Assembly: GCA_002633005.1 (NCBI GenBank)
Contig: NMRA01000199.1
Span: 442,995-506,994, forward strand
Direction: 5' to 3'
DNA length: 64,000 nt
From: Phoronis australis
Lineage: Eukaryota > Animalia > Phoronida
The notes under the pieces are model-generated. The model searched no databases. It had not been told where the DNA came from and saw only the letters and a list, made by a program, of their open reading frames with translations. Position numbers and translations under genes: made by a program. Positions 1-12,359 of the stretch are shown here, piece by piece. The stretch's first letter is position 1; the number at the start of each line of letters is the position of its first letter.

Positions 1-1978
1 GTTTTCCATTGTTGTTTGCGGGCTATTTTGGTTTTAGAGTCTCAAAATTGGAAAAAATATAGTTAAATAAGCAACTTTTTCCAAAAAATATCCGTTATAA
101 GAAATGAAAATAGACGGTAATCTTTAAAAAATCATATGAAGTGACATCTATGTAAATCATTAGTTTGGTTCTTCCTTTGGGGTGGAGCTTTTCGTTTTGG
201 TTTTTGATAACACGAGTTGGAGCTCCTAATTACGTACAATAATATAATGGACGTAACGGAGTTATTTACTGTTTCAATGTGAATTTTTTTATTCGCTTAC
301 TTTATTTATTCTAGTTGGACGAAACAATGCTCTCTGGACCCCGTTAACTAACAAAGCTCAAACATGCTGTATTTTCAATTGAAACACTTGAGTGGCGTGA
401 TCATAGATCTACGTTATATTTTAAATATATATATTACAGTCTAATATTCTCCGTTTATCGTTTATAAATTTCTCAGTGACATGATATTTTTTGAAAATGG
501 TGTTACATCAAACCGCATCAAATTTAAAGAAATATATATATATCAATACCTGGTGAACCACACGAGACCAGCGGCATTCTGGTCGGGAATAGCATGCCAC
601 GAGTCGTAGACGAGTTTCTTTGCCTTGGCAGTGAGCACCATTTTGCTGGTCGTTCTGAGTGTGCTGGTGGTTCTCAAGTCTTCGATTTATACAGATGGAG
701 TTGTGACGTCACCGTGTGCCGTCTGCCCCAAATAATTTGGATCGGGATTATTTTTTGCGTGTTAGTGAGACTTGGGAAAGCAAAATTCCGCGGCAAGAAA
801 TAGTTTCCTTGGACGATTGAACTATTATGGATGCCATGTTAACCTGGCAGCTGCACGACGAACAAATTTGGATAAAACGAACAAATTTAGGAAAGTCATT
901 CTGCTACCAGGCTGTGTTCACGTTCGCCCAATTTCAGTCAAAATACAACATTTCTTTCACTCAGAATCCCACTTTACACTTTTAAATCTACATGGCGAAT
1001 TGGCTAAAAATTATTTTCACGTTTTAGTGTTAGTAAGACCATACATTCTCAACATTTTATTATAGCCTATAAAGTGTTTTCTCATACGTAATTACAGTAT
1101 TGAAAATTCTGTTGAAAATGCTTGGAAAAAGGCACGTGTAATAGGATGAAGTTAATGCGATGAAATGTTTTCACAAATAACTAGTATTTTTAGCAGATAT
1201 GTGCATAAACTTCAAAACGAGCTATCTTTTCATCATTTCCAATGATTCTGTTTTGTAGTGCGTACAAAAATAATTATATATAGTGGATGAAATGTCTCTT
1301 TTTTGTTTGTAATAACTACATGTAGGAGTACTTAAGAACGCAATTCCCAGATAAGGTACGTTGGTGAATGTATTTTTTATACGTTAAGTTCGCCATTTAA
1401 AGTATTTATTTTAGAAAATGTTGTGATACATTCTTTAAAACTACTACCTTGGACGTTCATCCTTGAGGGAATAATTATAATAATTTATGTAAATGTATGA
1501 ATTTAGGTTTGCGGACAACTGTTCTTTATTGGACTTGCGGACTGAACCTGCCACGTGATTTGTCTGGTTATTACTTAAGATTTTCAACATTAGTTTATAT
1601 TGGTACGTCAACGTGTATAAATCAAAAGGAAATACCTGAATCTTAATGTTAAGAATGGCATCGAGTGTCCACACGCAAATTTTAAAATAATTTATTTGAT
1701 CCAAAGACTAGAGTCTGTGAGTTCTGAGCTGTGGGGCTTTAAAAATAGATTTCGTGAGTATGTCGATTCGGAAGTTTTATTTTCACACTTTCGATCTCAT
1801 TCATAAGTGTGAACGCTTAAATGAAAAAAGGTCTCGCACATTCTCGTGTAATTTTCTACAGAATTTGGTAAAAAACGATGAAATGTTAAACTTCAGCGTT
1901 CGTGGAGCTTGCGTCATTATCGATAAAAACACTGTCTCAGCCATTCTAACAGGAACTTTTTAACATTGACTACTGATA

Positions 1979-2671
1979 CAGTGGCGGATCTAGGATATCA
2001 CAAGGGGGGGCCCAACTTTTTGTCCGGCTGTAAGCATTTGCGCAAACTGAATCACGATTGTAGATGCGCATAGTACCGAAGTGGGGGGAGGTCGGCGCGG
2101 GAGGGGGGCAAACCCCCCTCCCGCGCAAGAAATTTTTCTGTTTTTACCTCTAAAAATCAAGCATTTTCCTTGATTCCTGAAGACAAAAGAGGCAAAAAAG
2201 AAAAAAAAACAGAGAACGTGTCGAACAGAAAAAAATGCAAGAACCTAAGACTCGAACTCACGACCTCGCGGACAGAGCGTGCGTGCGTTACCACTACACC
2301 ACCACGCCTTAAGTACTAATCTGTGTCTAAGAGACCTACTTATTTATGGTCCATAGCGTTTGCGCGCGAAACCTACTTCTTTTTGTAATGCTTATTACAC
2401 GTTTTATATTTTGTGCTATCAATTCTTAACAAATTTGTCGTATTTAAAATAGTCTTCAAATGCCCAAAAGACCAAATCCGTTTTTCGTGTTGGCAATAAT
2501 GACGGGATTGCTTTGGAAATCGTCTTAAGATAAGGTTTGACAAAGAGAGTATTGCGAGTTTCTGAGTGATTCACTAAGGCTTCGATTAAAATTCACATCT
2601 TACCAGCAGCTTCTGTTTTTTCATCGTCACTCAGGTTCCATTTTCNCCCCCCCCCCCTAAATCCGCCTATG
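1979..2671. mobile_element. Non-autonomous DNA element (MITE), CAGTGGCGGAT family, copy 1
   Basis: Termini CAGTGGCGGATCTAGG (1979) and CCTAAATCCGCCTATG (ends 2671) are imperfect inverted repeats. Flanks TGATA/CGATA form a 5-bp TSD with 1 mismatch. There is a perfect internal 14-bp GC hairpin at 2095-2126. Related termini occur at 23376 and 34360. Confidence 0.75.
2244..2308 (-). repeat. tRNA-derived (SINE-head-like) segment inside the MITE
   Basis: The minus strand reads GGCGTGGTGGTGTAGTGGTAACGCACGCACGCTCTGTCCGCGAGGTCGTGAGTTCGAGTCTTAGG. It has an A-box-like TGGTGTAGTGG and a B-box GTTCGAGTC at tRNA-like spacing, but no intact acceptor stem. Confidence 0.6.
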
Positions 2672-4139
2672 CGATATAAAAACAAGCAAAATATGGCAAC
2701 GTAGTTGGGTGAGCCCCGTGTCCACATTACCCATAATATGTGCTGAGAGGATTGGAATTCTGGGAGAAGTGTGGAGTTAGTTCTCCTTCCTGTTGTGTCT
2801 GTTCGTCCAGCATTTTTTGCCACTGACACGTTAATCTTAATTTTTTTGGTAATTCAAGCCAAAATACACGCAGTGGGGTGCTGATGATTTCGCTCACAGG
2901 AGGGCGCTGCGTCCAAGTCAGATAAAGGTTGGAGTGAACGGTAACACCACGTCATCAACTCGATTCCGCTCTGAATAGTTCGAATATAGGTGAAACTAGT
3001 TCCCTTGGCATTGCAGCAGGTTACTGGAGATAAATAATGCTCTCACTATTAATCACTGTGCAATGAATTCTGAGGAAATGAGTGAAAAAAGCTGAATGAT
3101 TGATGCAACCGGCTGCGTGGTCAGCCGTAGTATACCTGCCGTCCACTGTCTGTTTACTGCTACTACGTGCATTGTTTTTTACTTTTGTTTGTATGGATTG
3201 TGTAAACATTTGAGTCATGAACTCCAACAAGAACCCTAACTTACCCTTACCAAAATGTTGGTGTAGTCGACGCAGGGGATTTTATTCATGATGTTACTGT
3301 CTGTTTTTGTTTTGAACGGTGATGACTGTCCGTCCTGACATTAGTTTACACGGCTGTATCGTGATTCAGTATTATTGTTATTATTTTGAGAATAATAAGC
3401 GCAAGTAAATGGCTGAATTTATTAAGTCCAAGTTAAACCGAACACTCAATTTTCACGATGTTTTAAAACTAGTATATACTACCGTATATTTAATTTCTAA
3501 CGTAGAAAATAAATCTGAAACTAAATAAGGCGATCCAGATTCTCCCAAGGATACTATTGTTTCACGAAATGTAAAATATAAATAGGTAAATAAAACAACA
3601 AGAATTTCTAATAATGCAAATAATATTAAAATCATATACTATATGTCAATATATTATGACGCTGTCTTTTTGTGGGACAAATACTATTTTTGAAAAAAAA
3701 AAACATAGTAACTGAATAGTTGGATTTTTGTTGTGGTATAGGCAGCGTTATTTTGTCCTTTTTGTTATTTCAAGTTTATGAAAAAGAGGAAAATTTCTAT
3801 TAGCAGTCCAGAGATGGCTTCAACCTGATACAGAGTAAAAGTGACGCGTATGACTTCTTCTATGACTCCGAGTTCTTCACTGTTACTGAGAATGGATGAC
3901 TATAATAACTTTATTCTTTGTTTTGACTCACAAGAGGTCCTCGCAATTTTGCATAGTCTGAGCCCAACGTGCTACATCAGTCAATCGTCTTTTAAGTAAC
4001 TGATTTTGGAAATTGCAGACATTTTCTTGGTTTACAGTAATTAGAAATTAGATTTTAATGTGGTAGAGATATTGTTCATTTTTTCTCATCGTCAACGTTT
4101 TCAAAAAAGTTCCGTCTAGAAGGAAACATTGAATTGTAC

Positions 4140-4260
4140 TGAGATGAGCAGATTATTCATTGCCTTGATCTGCCGCCATATTGCCCTTCTTTATATCGTT
4201 ATTGAAGAGTGCTCACCATTTATTTGGAATAAATCTCACACTTGTTTAATGCATATTGTT
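4140..4260 (+). pseudogene. Possible highly decayed IS630/Tc1-like transposase remnant
   Basis: Translation gives DLPPYCPSL and then, after a frameshift, IEEC. This resembles the LPPYSPxLNPIE motif around the third catalytic residue. It is surrounded by stops and rests on one motif only. Confidence 0.25.
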
Positions 4261-6920
4261 CTCACATCACCAGTATAAAAAGAATATCCAACATTCTGAA
4301 GAGTTCCGGATGAGACAAGTCTTTTTCTTCAAAAATAATTTAATGTGTTCTGCACTTAGAAGGAAATCGTATAAACACCGATTTGGGTGAAGTCCTGGTC
4401 AAATGTATTTAATTATATTTCATTTTTCAACTATGACTCTTCTGATTTCAATATATTAGTTGTTTGTTGCGCTATAGTAGACGAAGAATACATGTATTCA
4501 AAATTCATATAAACTTATCACAAAAAATCCACCGACCATCGTGCTGCCCGGTATTACCACTTTTTGCCGAGAAAGTCGTCGTTTCTGTGTCTGAAGCTTT
4601 ATACGGTTGAGTTAAGGTTTCTCTACTGCTAATCGGATGCAAAATTGTCCGACCTGAGCCCATAGGCTTCAGGGTAAAACTTTGTCGGCGGGATCGGCCG
4701 AGCCAGGGCNGCCTCAGTAAAACAAAAAGTCCTAGTAAAGGAGATAAAAGTTCACAAAGGCCACAGGAATTCGGCGCGGATGCACAATTCGTAGGCCTGA
4801 ACGTACTGGCCCAGTTTTTTTTTAGTCCCATTTGATTTTGCTCAGTAAAAGGTCCTCATGCCGAAAGATTCGAGCCCCCCTACATTTTAGGCTGGGTGCG
4901 CGTATGACAATTAGGGTAAAACGCGCGCTGTGATCTTCGTCGTGGCAAACTCTGAACGATTCATCTAACAGGTATTTTCCCAGTACGGTGATTCTGTTTT
5001 GCTTATTCCTGTGGAACTGATCTGACCCGTTTCGTTGAAAAGAACATTATTACGCGTGCCAACGAGAAAACAAAGTGAAGCCAGTTGAACGTTTTGGCAT
5101 AGCTTGCGTAAGAAGAACTATTTCAACAAAGAATGAAAAGTAAGTATACTGTCTCGCTTAACTTATAATGCTACTAACAGTAGCTCGGACACTGAAGCAC
5201 GACATAGACGTTTGCTGGCATAAATAGACATTCGGATCGTATGTTAGATGCATTGCGACTCGTCTATTCGCTGTCATTTATGTGAATCCCTCAGTAGAAG
5301 GTTTAAAAAAAGAAAGAAAACATTTGTTTTCCATGGCTGATCGTGTATGGAATTAATGCCTCTATGATATACGATTAGATAAATGAACTTACACCATATC
5401 ACATATAAACTTCACAGAATTGTTGTCACATATTGGAATCGAGTTCATTAAAATGATAAAACTCACGGATAATAAAAAGACGAACTACCCTTAAATGAAT
5501 CTAAGCGCTTCTGGAATCCCAAAATGCTATTAAATAGGAGCGATGTCCATCACGTACACATGGGGGCGCTCTTTAATATAACTTGCAGGACAATCATGGC
5601 GGACCGTGACGCAGATAAGTGATTGGAGACGAAAGAATGAGTGGATCCGTGGACATCTGCTCACTAAACACGAGCGCAGTAGGCCTTGTACGTATAAGCT
5701 ACTTTTGGAAATAACACTCTATAAAATGCACACTGACAGATGCTGCACACAAGGCCTTGTGTGAGCATTTGTCAACTTCTAAAAAAAACTTGGACTCTCC
5801 AGAAGCATATGCAAGCGGCAATTGTAGGCCTACTTTTTATTTACTCAAGATATTGCCCAGTGTCAGTTATAACATGTTCCTTTACACATTAACACAAAAC
5901 ACTTGGATTCTTTAAATTCATACCATAAATTAATTACAATATTATCACAGACAGCTTTTGCTATCGAAAAAATAAAGTCGTGAAAGAAAGTAACTAACAC
6001 TTCTGTTTTCTATGATTATACGATGTTCGGAGAAAATCCCATACGTGTTATTTTTGGCTCAATTAATCGCTTTCTTCGTGCATTTTAAGTTTTGACCAGC
6101 TGAACCAGGTAGCGCTCTATATAACTTTTAATTTTAACACGGTTATGTTGAACAGGTCTTGAACAGGGCCCATTATCTGGTCTCCAAACTCGCACTCAAC
6201 TCAGATTCAAAAAAGAAATTATTATAAGCTAATCACGCTGTGTGATTCGAAGACCAATTTTTAAGTTAACACGAAGTGCGACACAATATGGTCAAACTTG
6301 GAGTCGAATTTCCAGTGAAGAGATTAAACATCGGGGTCTGGTTTTGATGACAGTATTATATGTTAAGATTTACGATCAAGTAAAATAAATTACGATATTA
6401 TAAATTAATGAATAAGAATTTGTTTTCGACCACAAGTACCATTCAAACAGTGTCTCAACAAAGTCAGCTACAAAGCGTGTTACTTATTTATGAGGCATCT
6501 GGTGCTTTCAATTTAAAATAAAGTTTCAGAAATTTCAAATAAGGAACTGGTTTGCATTTAACTGAAACAAAATCTGCACATCGCACGCGTAATGTTTATG
6601 CAGTTCCCAGTTAACACGAACATTGTAATTAAGCAATCTAAATAGTTTGCACGTCATGTCCCTTTAAAGTGGCTATATAAAGTCGCCTTCCGTCACAAAA
6701 AATCAGCTTTTGTTTTAGAAAAATTTGGTTTCGCGCTGTTCCTCTGTCAAAATAAGTGTTATTTCTGAGCTTGAAAAAAATGACAGTTAGTTATTGTGTG
6801 AGACCAGAATCTACAAGTTAACTTTTCAAGGAGTGCCACTTTACTGGTCGAGCATAGTCTCAAGTAAAGGCGGTGTGTCAGTTCTTCACGAGACCAAAAA
6901 TCTGTTGTCGATTGAGTAAA

Positions 6921-6990
6921 CATGGGCGGAGCAGCACTGAAAAAGTGGGAAGCTAAAGCCCCTCAGCCCCCTATCGTGCGCCCCCCCATG
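6921..6990. mobile_element. 70-bp mini-MITE, CATGGGCGG family
   Basis: Termini are CATGGGCGG...CCCCCCATG with a perfect 5-bp TSD GTAAA (6916-6920 and 6991-6995). Two reverse-orientation relatives lie at 15441-15583. Confidence 0.75.
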
Positions 6991-7319
6991 GTAAAGAACA
7001 GGTTGAGACCAATTTCAGAACGGCAAGTGGTCTAGATCAAAGGTTTATTTCTTAACTATCAATGGTGCTTTCGCGTCTCAAGTCTTGTTTGTATTTACAA
7101 CGACGTCACCGGTGGTCTACAGTACCATGCAGGAGCGTATCCAGGATCATGGTCGGAGGGGAGTTGACAGTGGGCGGGCAGAGGGGTACCACGTTTTCCT
7201 CCATTGCAACTACATAAATATGCGTAGGATGTGCTTTAGCAGTTCGCGGTCTCAAATGCCTCCCCCGTGCATAAGGGCTATTACTGTTTCTTCACGGAGA
7301 GCGTTTCCATATTCGGTTG

Positions 7320-7354
7320 GTCACGTGACGGTGACGCTATCTTTGCCTATAAAG
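7320..7354 (+). promoter_or_regulatory. Globin core promoter: palindromic E-box plus TATA box
   Basis: GTCACGTGAC at 7320-7329 and TATAAA at 7348-7353, about 60 nt upstream of the ATG at 7410 (context CAACCATG). Confidence 0.6.
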
Positions 7355-7409
7355 CCAGCACAGGCTTGCAAGTTTTTCGTGTTTGTCAAGCCATAACCAG
7401 CCGTCAACC

Positions 7410-9909
7410 ATGCCCAACCCAGCTCAAGTGAAAAGTATCCAAGCCCTTTGGGATACCATTGATGCGGACTTCGGAGAAATGGGAGAGGCTCTTCTTACAG
7501 AGTAAGTTGAATACGTAAGCAAGTCTCTCACTAAGCAATGGTAAAATCGTTAAGTTAGTAACATGTTAGTCATTTAGTTAGTTGAATAATTTTATATTTA
7601 AATAAATAATATTCCATTTAGCTTGTTTAGCAGATAAATTTGATGCAAATTAGGAAGGTAGGACAAATTAGAAATCCAAATACATGTATATTTAGTGTTG
7701 AGGATCTTTAATGTTTTGTTCATTTAGCAGAAATAGTCAACCGTTTGCATACGCTACATGACAATTTCCATTGAGTATGTAGAAAAACGTAGCCGTTGTT
7801 TAATAACAGACTACAAAAGACAAACTGCTAGAAATAGAGTCAAACTTTGAAAAGCCTCCTGTAAAAAATATCACTATATCCGTGAGCTTGTTTAATTTTC
7901 GTAAACGTTTGAATTTGAACCTTTTGGTCTCGGCTCGCATTTTTTTGTAAAAATGACACAGTTTTACCGCTCCATGTTTTGTTAAATATCAGTTAGTCAT
8001 AAAGATTTAGCACCGTGCGAAAAAATACTACTTTTGTCACATCCTTGGTTAATATTTAATTTTAAGAACTAAATTGTTCTTGTGTGAGATCACGTATTCA
8101 CTGAAAACAATGTCAAATGACTGTTTTCACGAAAAAAGGTTGTAAACCTAGATTTCGAAATTTGCAGTACACTGTAACGAAGTGAAACAAGTTGCTTCGT
8201 ACACGCCCAGTGCAATACCTGCCAAAACGCCGAACTTTGAATGCCATGATTTGAACCAACCGACATTGTATGAATTTCTGTTTAAAATATGTCTTTTGAC
8301 TTTATGAGATATGCTTTAGCATTTAAATAGTGTTTACAATTGCCACGCACAAATCGTTTACCATTATCCGAATGAAGAATCTGTAGCCAAATCATAATCA
8401 ACAAAAAATAGTCACACGTTCCGTTTCTGCTGTTACAGGCTGTTCAACACTCACCCAGACACGAAGGCCCTGTTCAGCCGCGTGCTGAGCAAGCCCGACG
8501 TGTCCGCTGCAATGCGCACACATGGTGGCAAGATCATCCGCAAGCTGGACGTGTCCATTGGCCAACTGGATTGTCCCGACGTCTTAGCCGAAGATTTGAG
8601 CACGCTCGGTGCCCGCCATCCTGGCTACGGTGTCATTCCCAATAGGCACAATAGGGTAAACAGACACACACAGTTGAGCTTGACTGCTCTCACAAATGGC
8701 AGTACTACAGCCTTTGGGCTGGCGCTTATTGCTGAACTAACACGCTGATTTCAGCAGTCTTACAGATGCCTTTTTAAAACGCCCATCTTTAAGCTCTCGA
8801 AAATTAATACGGTTTCATCTGTTGACGTGTTTACTTTTTAAAAGCACAAAATCCGTGCATCTTAGTTTTTGGGGGCTTTATTTTTGTTGTGCAACACCCC
8901 TAAAATGGTCGCCGAATCGAGTTACAGCCGGATAGTGCATTATGGAATGCTCGTTCATATGCCACCATATGTAATGGAGTGTTCTGGGAAATCGTGCTCA
9001 CTTAATTTTTCTACACTAATTGTAAAATAAGGCAAACACAAACAAGGGTGAAACATGCGAAATGTTTATATTTTAGAGATATCGCTCGACTGACGAAACT
9101 CTTCATGTGTTGTAAATTGGCAAATGTAAAGCGTCAGCTGAAAATTTGCCAAGATAAAAACTTTGCAAATTTAGTACTGTTAGTAGTGGTTAGGCTCTCG
9201 CTAAACTCCGCCCAATTAAACATGACAGAAAATTATATCTAGTTGTTTCAATTGTTCAAATGACGTAAGTATGGCACAGTTTAGTGTCAGCTTCCAAGAC
9301 CCTAATTTGATCAATAAAGCGAATAAAAGCTCATACCGTTTCTGTTCACAGCCCTTTAGGAATGCCTTGTTCAAGGTGATCCAGAAGTACGCCAAGGGAA
9401 CTTTCGATCAGGCGGCGTGGGACAAAGCCTTCAACCTGTTCATGGGATGCATGGGTTTGTGGCAACTACAGAGACTTTTTTAATACTAAGAAGTGTTGAG
9501 TAAAATGCCAGTAGTTTATTTTTATATCTTGCTTATTTTAATCTATTTTACTGCATAATTCGTATATTAACTGCAGCGCAGTTTCGTGACGTCTGATAGA
9601 TTCCATTGCCGCGCAGAGCAATTAGCCAACAAAAAAAACGTTGCTGTTCACAGCTTTTTATAATAATGGTTCATTGTTTACCTTTTCTCATTTGCAGGAC
9701 TGCGGAAATTTGATTTTCTGATTGCTCCTAGATCATTTCTGCATTTATTTCTATTGGAGGTTTTACGTGATTAACTGTATTGGTAATGCGACAAGTCTGA
9801 TGTTAAAGAATTAGTGACATTAAATTATTTTATCAATATGTTATGCTTATAAACCAAACCGTAGGCTTCAGCATTGGCAATTTATTTTGCAGGTCTGTTC
9901 TCTGACTAA
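7410..9909 (+). CDS. Intracellular-type globin (about 142 aa). Exons 7410-7501, 8439-8655, 9352-9454 and probable terminal exon 9893-9909; unspliced alternative ends at 9483
   Basis: The spliced product is MPNPAQVKSIQALWDTIDADFGEMGEALLTE/LFNTHPDTKALFSRVLSKPDVSAAMRTHGGKIIRKLDVSIGQLDCPDVLAEDLSTLGARHPGYGVIPNRHNR/PFRNALFKVIQKYAKGTFDQAAWDKAFNLFMGCMG/LFSD*. It shows Trp A12, Leu B10, Pro C2, Phe CD1, His E7, His F8 and AW in helix H. GT-AG introns fall at B12.2 and G7.0. There is no signal peptide, and AATAAA lies near 10009. Confidence 0.92.
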
Positions 9910-10808
9910 GCGTAACGCTGAGTGGCCATTCCGAAGTGCAGTCAGCAGCCGAAGACTTTATGCAATAGATTCTTTGCCAATATTAAATGGTTGGAATAAT
10001 GTACTACTAATAAATATATGCCACTAACAATTTGATGTGTCATTTTCTGGTAAAGCTAGAAGTAGCTCACCTCAACACTGCTGACAAGAGCAACTAATAC
10101 GACATCCCCGTCAACTGTTCATTTATTATGCAAAACAGAAAACGCCATTCAAAGGGTGAGAAACACAAATCCTTTGTTCACAACTCTACAGCAGGCATCC
10201 GTCCTGACGCCTAGATACGGTAATGGGGTGAGGCAGAAATATGACGCAAATTTTGCTTATCACACACGGCTCATGACAAAGCAACAGTTTCGCCTCTGGT
10301 GACGGGATACCATTGCAAATTTAAAATATTCAACAAGGTCGCCGACAGTTAAATATAAGTCACGCATAAATTGCCGACAAATACTTGGGAACAGGGGATA
10401 AACATTGATATGAAAATAATCGCTACTATCGTTGAATGGTAACATTGTATTCTTTTAGAAAGTACCCTTGGCACAAAATAATACAAACACACACACGCAC
10501 GCTCGCACACACACATTCACACACTGCTGAAACAAGTTTATCAGAAAAAAGCATTGCTTTAATCTTGGTAGCGGGTACTGATTTCGAGACATCGGACGTT
10601 GATGCAACTGTCTTAATCATCATTTTAATCAACATTTCGAAATCTAAACTTGAATCGCCATTTCGTTTCCCGCTTAAATTAAATCGGCAACGCTTGTGTG
10701 TCGACTCGTACACCACCTGCTCAGAACGATGACTACTGCTGCACATGATTCACTTCAGTCGCAGATTGGTCCTCGATGACGACTTCCGGTTAATAGACCA
10801 AGCGTATG

Positions 10809-11760
10809 TCTTAGCCTGTGGAACCGGCGAAGCGATCAAGTTCAGCCTATGCTTAGTCGCTTACATGTGTTGAGGTGTTTTTGCTGTAGCAAAGTTACCA
10901 ATTAAAGTAGTGAATTTAAAAAACTCCGTGTAAATGCTCGAAATGGATATTGAAATAGCGACCAAAACAATGAAATGGCGTTTAAGTTTAAAAACTAGTA
11001 GTTCCTTGACGACAAGTTCCTGTATTTAGCCAAAGATCTATAAAATATATATTCAAACTTTGTATAATATTTATTTTCTGAAACTAGAAAGCCTGTATAA
11101 TTTGACTTCTAAATTTTTAACGAATTTACCATTAATTAGGTCACGTGACCATGACTTTTCAGTGAAATTTAGCAGAAGGTGCATAAGAACGGTAACAATA
11201 GCATGAACGATATTCCTTCGATATCAAAGTTCAAGATGAAATCTCAAAAATGCTGTTACAGTTTGATAAATTATCTTTTCATGGGATCTGTAAATAAAGC
11301 ATAGGATCTGAAAAATTCATATGAATCCGATCACCCGTTTCTGAAATAACGTTTTAAAGTTGGCCAAATTTCGACATTTTTCTACATAGCCTTAAACTTC
11401 GATCACGTACACCTAATGGGCGTTTTGGGCTACTCCTCAAACATCCATTTATATGAAAACGCCAAAACTAAAATTGCCTCTAGGGAGCACAACGGTCAAA
11501 TCCGCCTTAAAGTAATCGACATCCGTTGTCGCATTCAAGGGTATACACGTGCTATATTTCCAAGATGCTACTGGGCGTCACAGCAGTCGGGCTCGTCCGA
11601 AAATCAGCATCATACGGTCTCCTTAAACGGAAGACTTCTTTGCCAATCTATACGATCCCCAGAAAAAACAAGGCACGTTGGATTTTCTAACGATTTGGTT
11701 TTAAGAGACGGAGGAAGCTAAGCTAGGCGGACACGAAATGTTACGCACACACCATCTTTT
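10809..11760. repeat. Probable interspersed repeat (Helentron/HINE-like non-autonomous element)
   Basis: Non-coding stretch with motifs such as AAATTCATATGAATCCGATCA. Similar motifs recur at about 57340-57380 and 58500-58670. Boundaries and class are uncertain. Confidence 0.3.
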
Positions 11761-12359
11761 CCGAGTTGAACTTCATTAATTGCTATTTTCGTAATTGATT
11801 AAAGCGTTACCCAATATGTTGGACTTGTCATATACAGCAGGACAAAATGTTCAACAGCGCATTTAAAACGACAGTGGCCTACGAACGTCTAGTACAACGT
11901 GTACCATGACGCCTGCAATTATTTTTAGGTCCAAAGACCACATCTATTTTGATTAAGCAACAGCTTAGGGTTTATTTCATAATGGTAAGTGATCAAACTA
12001 AACAGCTGGTTTTTATGAAGGAAGGCGTGTTCCCCTTTAACAGATATAACTGCCATTAAATCACTTGAAAAAAATAAAACTCTGTAAGTCCTCGCCCCTT
12101 TCAAAAGTTAGGAGCAATTTTCAAAACTTAACTCTGTGTAGATTACTTCAGTAATCAACAAGGGTGCCTAACGCTTCAGACGATCTAATCAAAGGTTATA
12201 GCGTGTCCATTCCGTGACAGAGTAAGGACGTGCTTCAACTGAATTCAATTCTAAAAATGTACAGTAGGAGCTAGCACACCCAGTTTTAGCCAAAATAAGG
12301 TTTGGTATCCATTTAAACGGTGAAATTGGCCTCAACATCAGCTACCAGCTGCCTCGTGT

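Noticed and set aside
2244-2308. Functional tRNA gene
   Set aside because: A and B boxes are present, but the acceptor and anticodon stems do not pair properly, so it is treated as a tRNA-derived repeat.
8560-8580. Globin Cys as the sulfide-binding free cysteine of vent annelid haemoglobins
   Set aside because: Those cysteines lie within helix E (E8/E18). This one is in the EF corner, where E8 is Gly and E18 is Ser, so homology is not supported.
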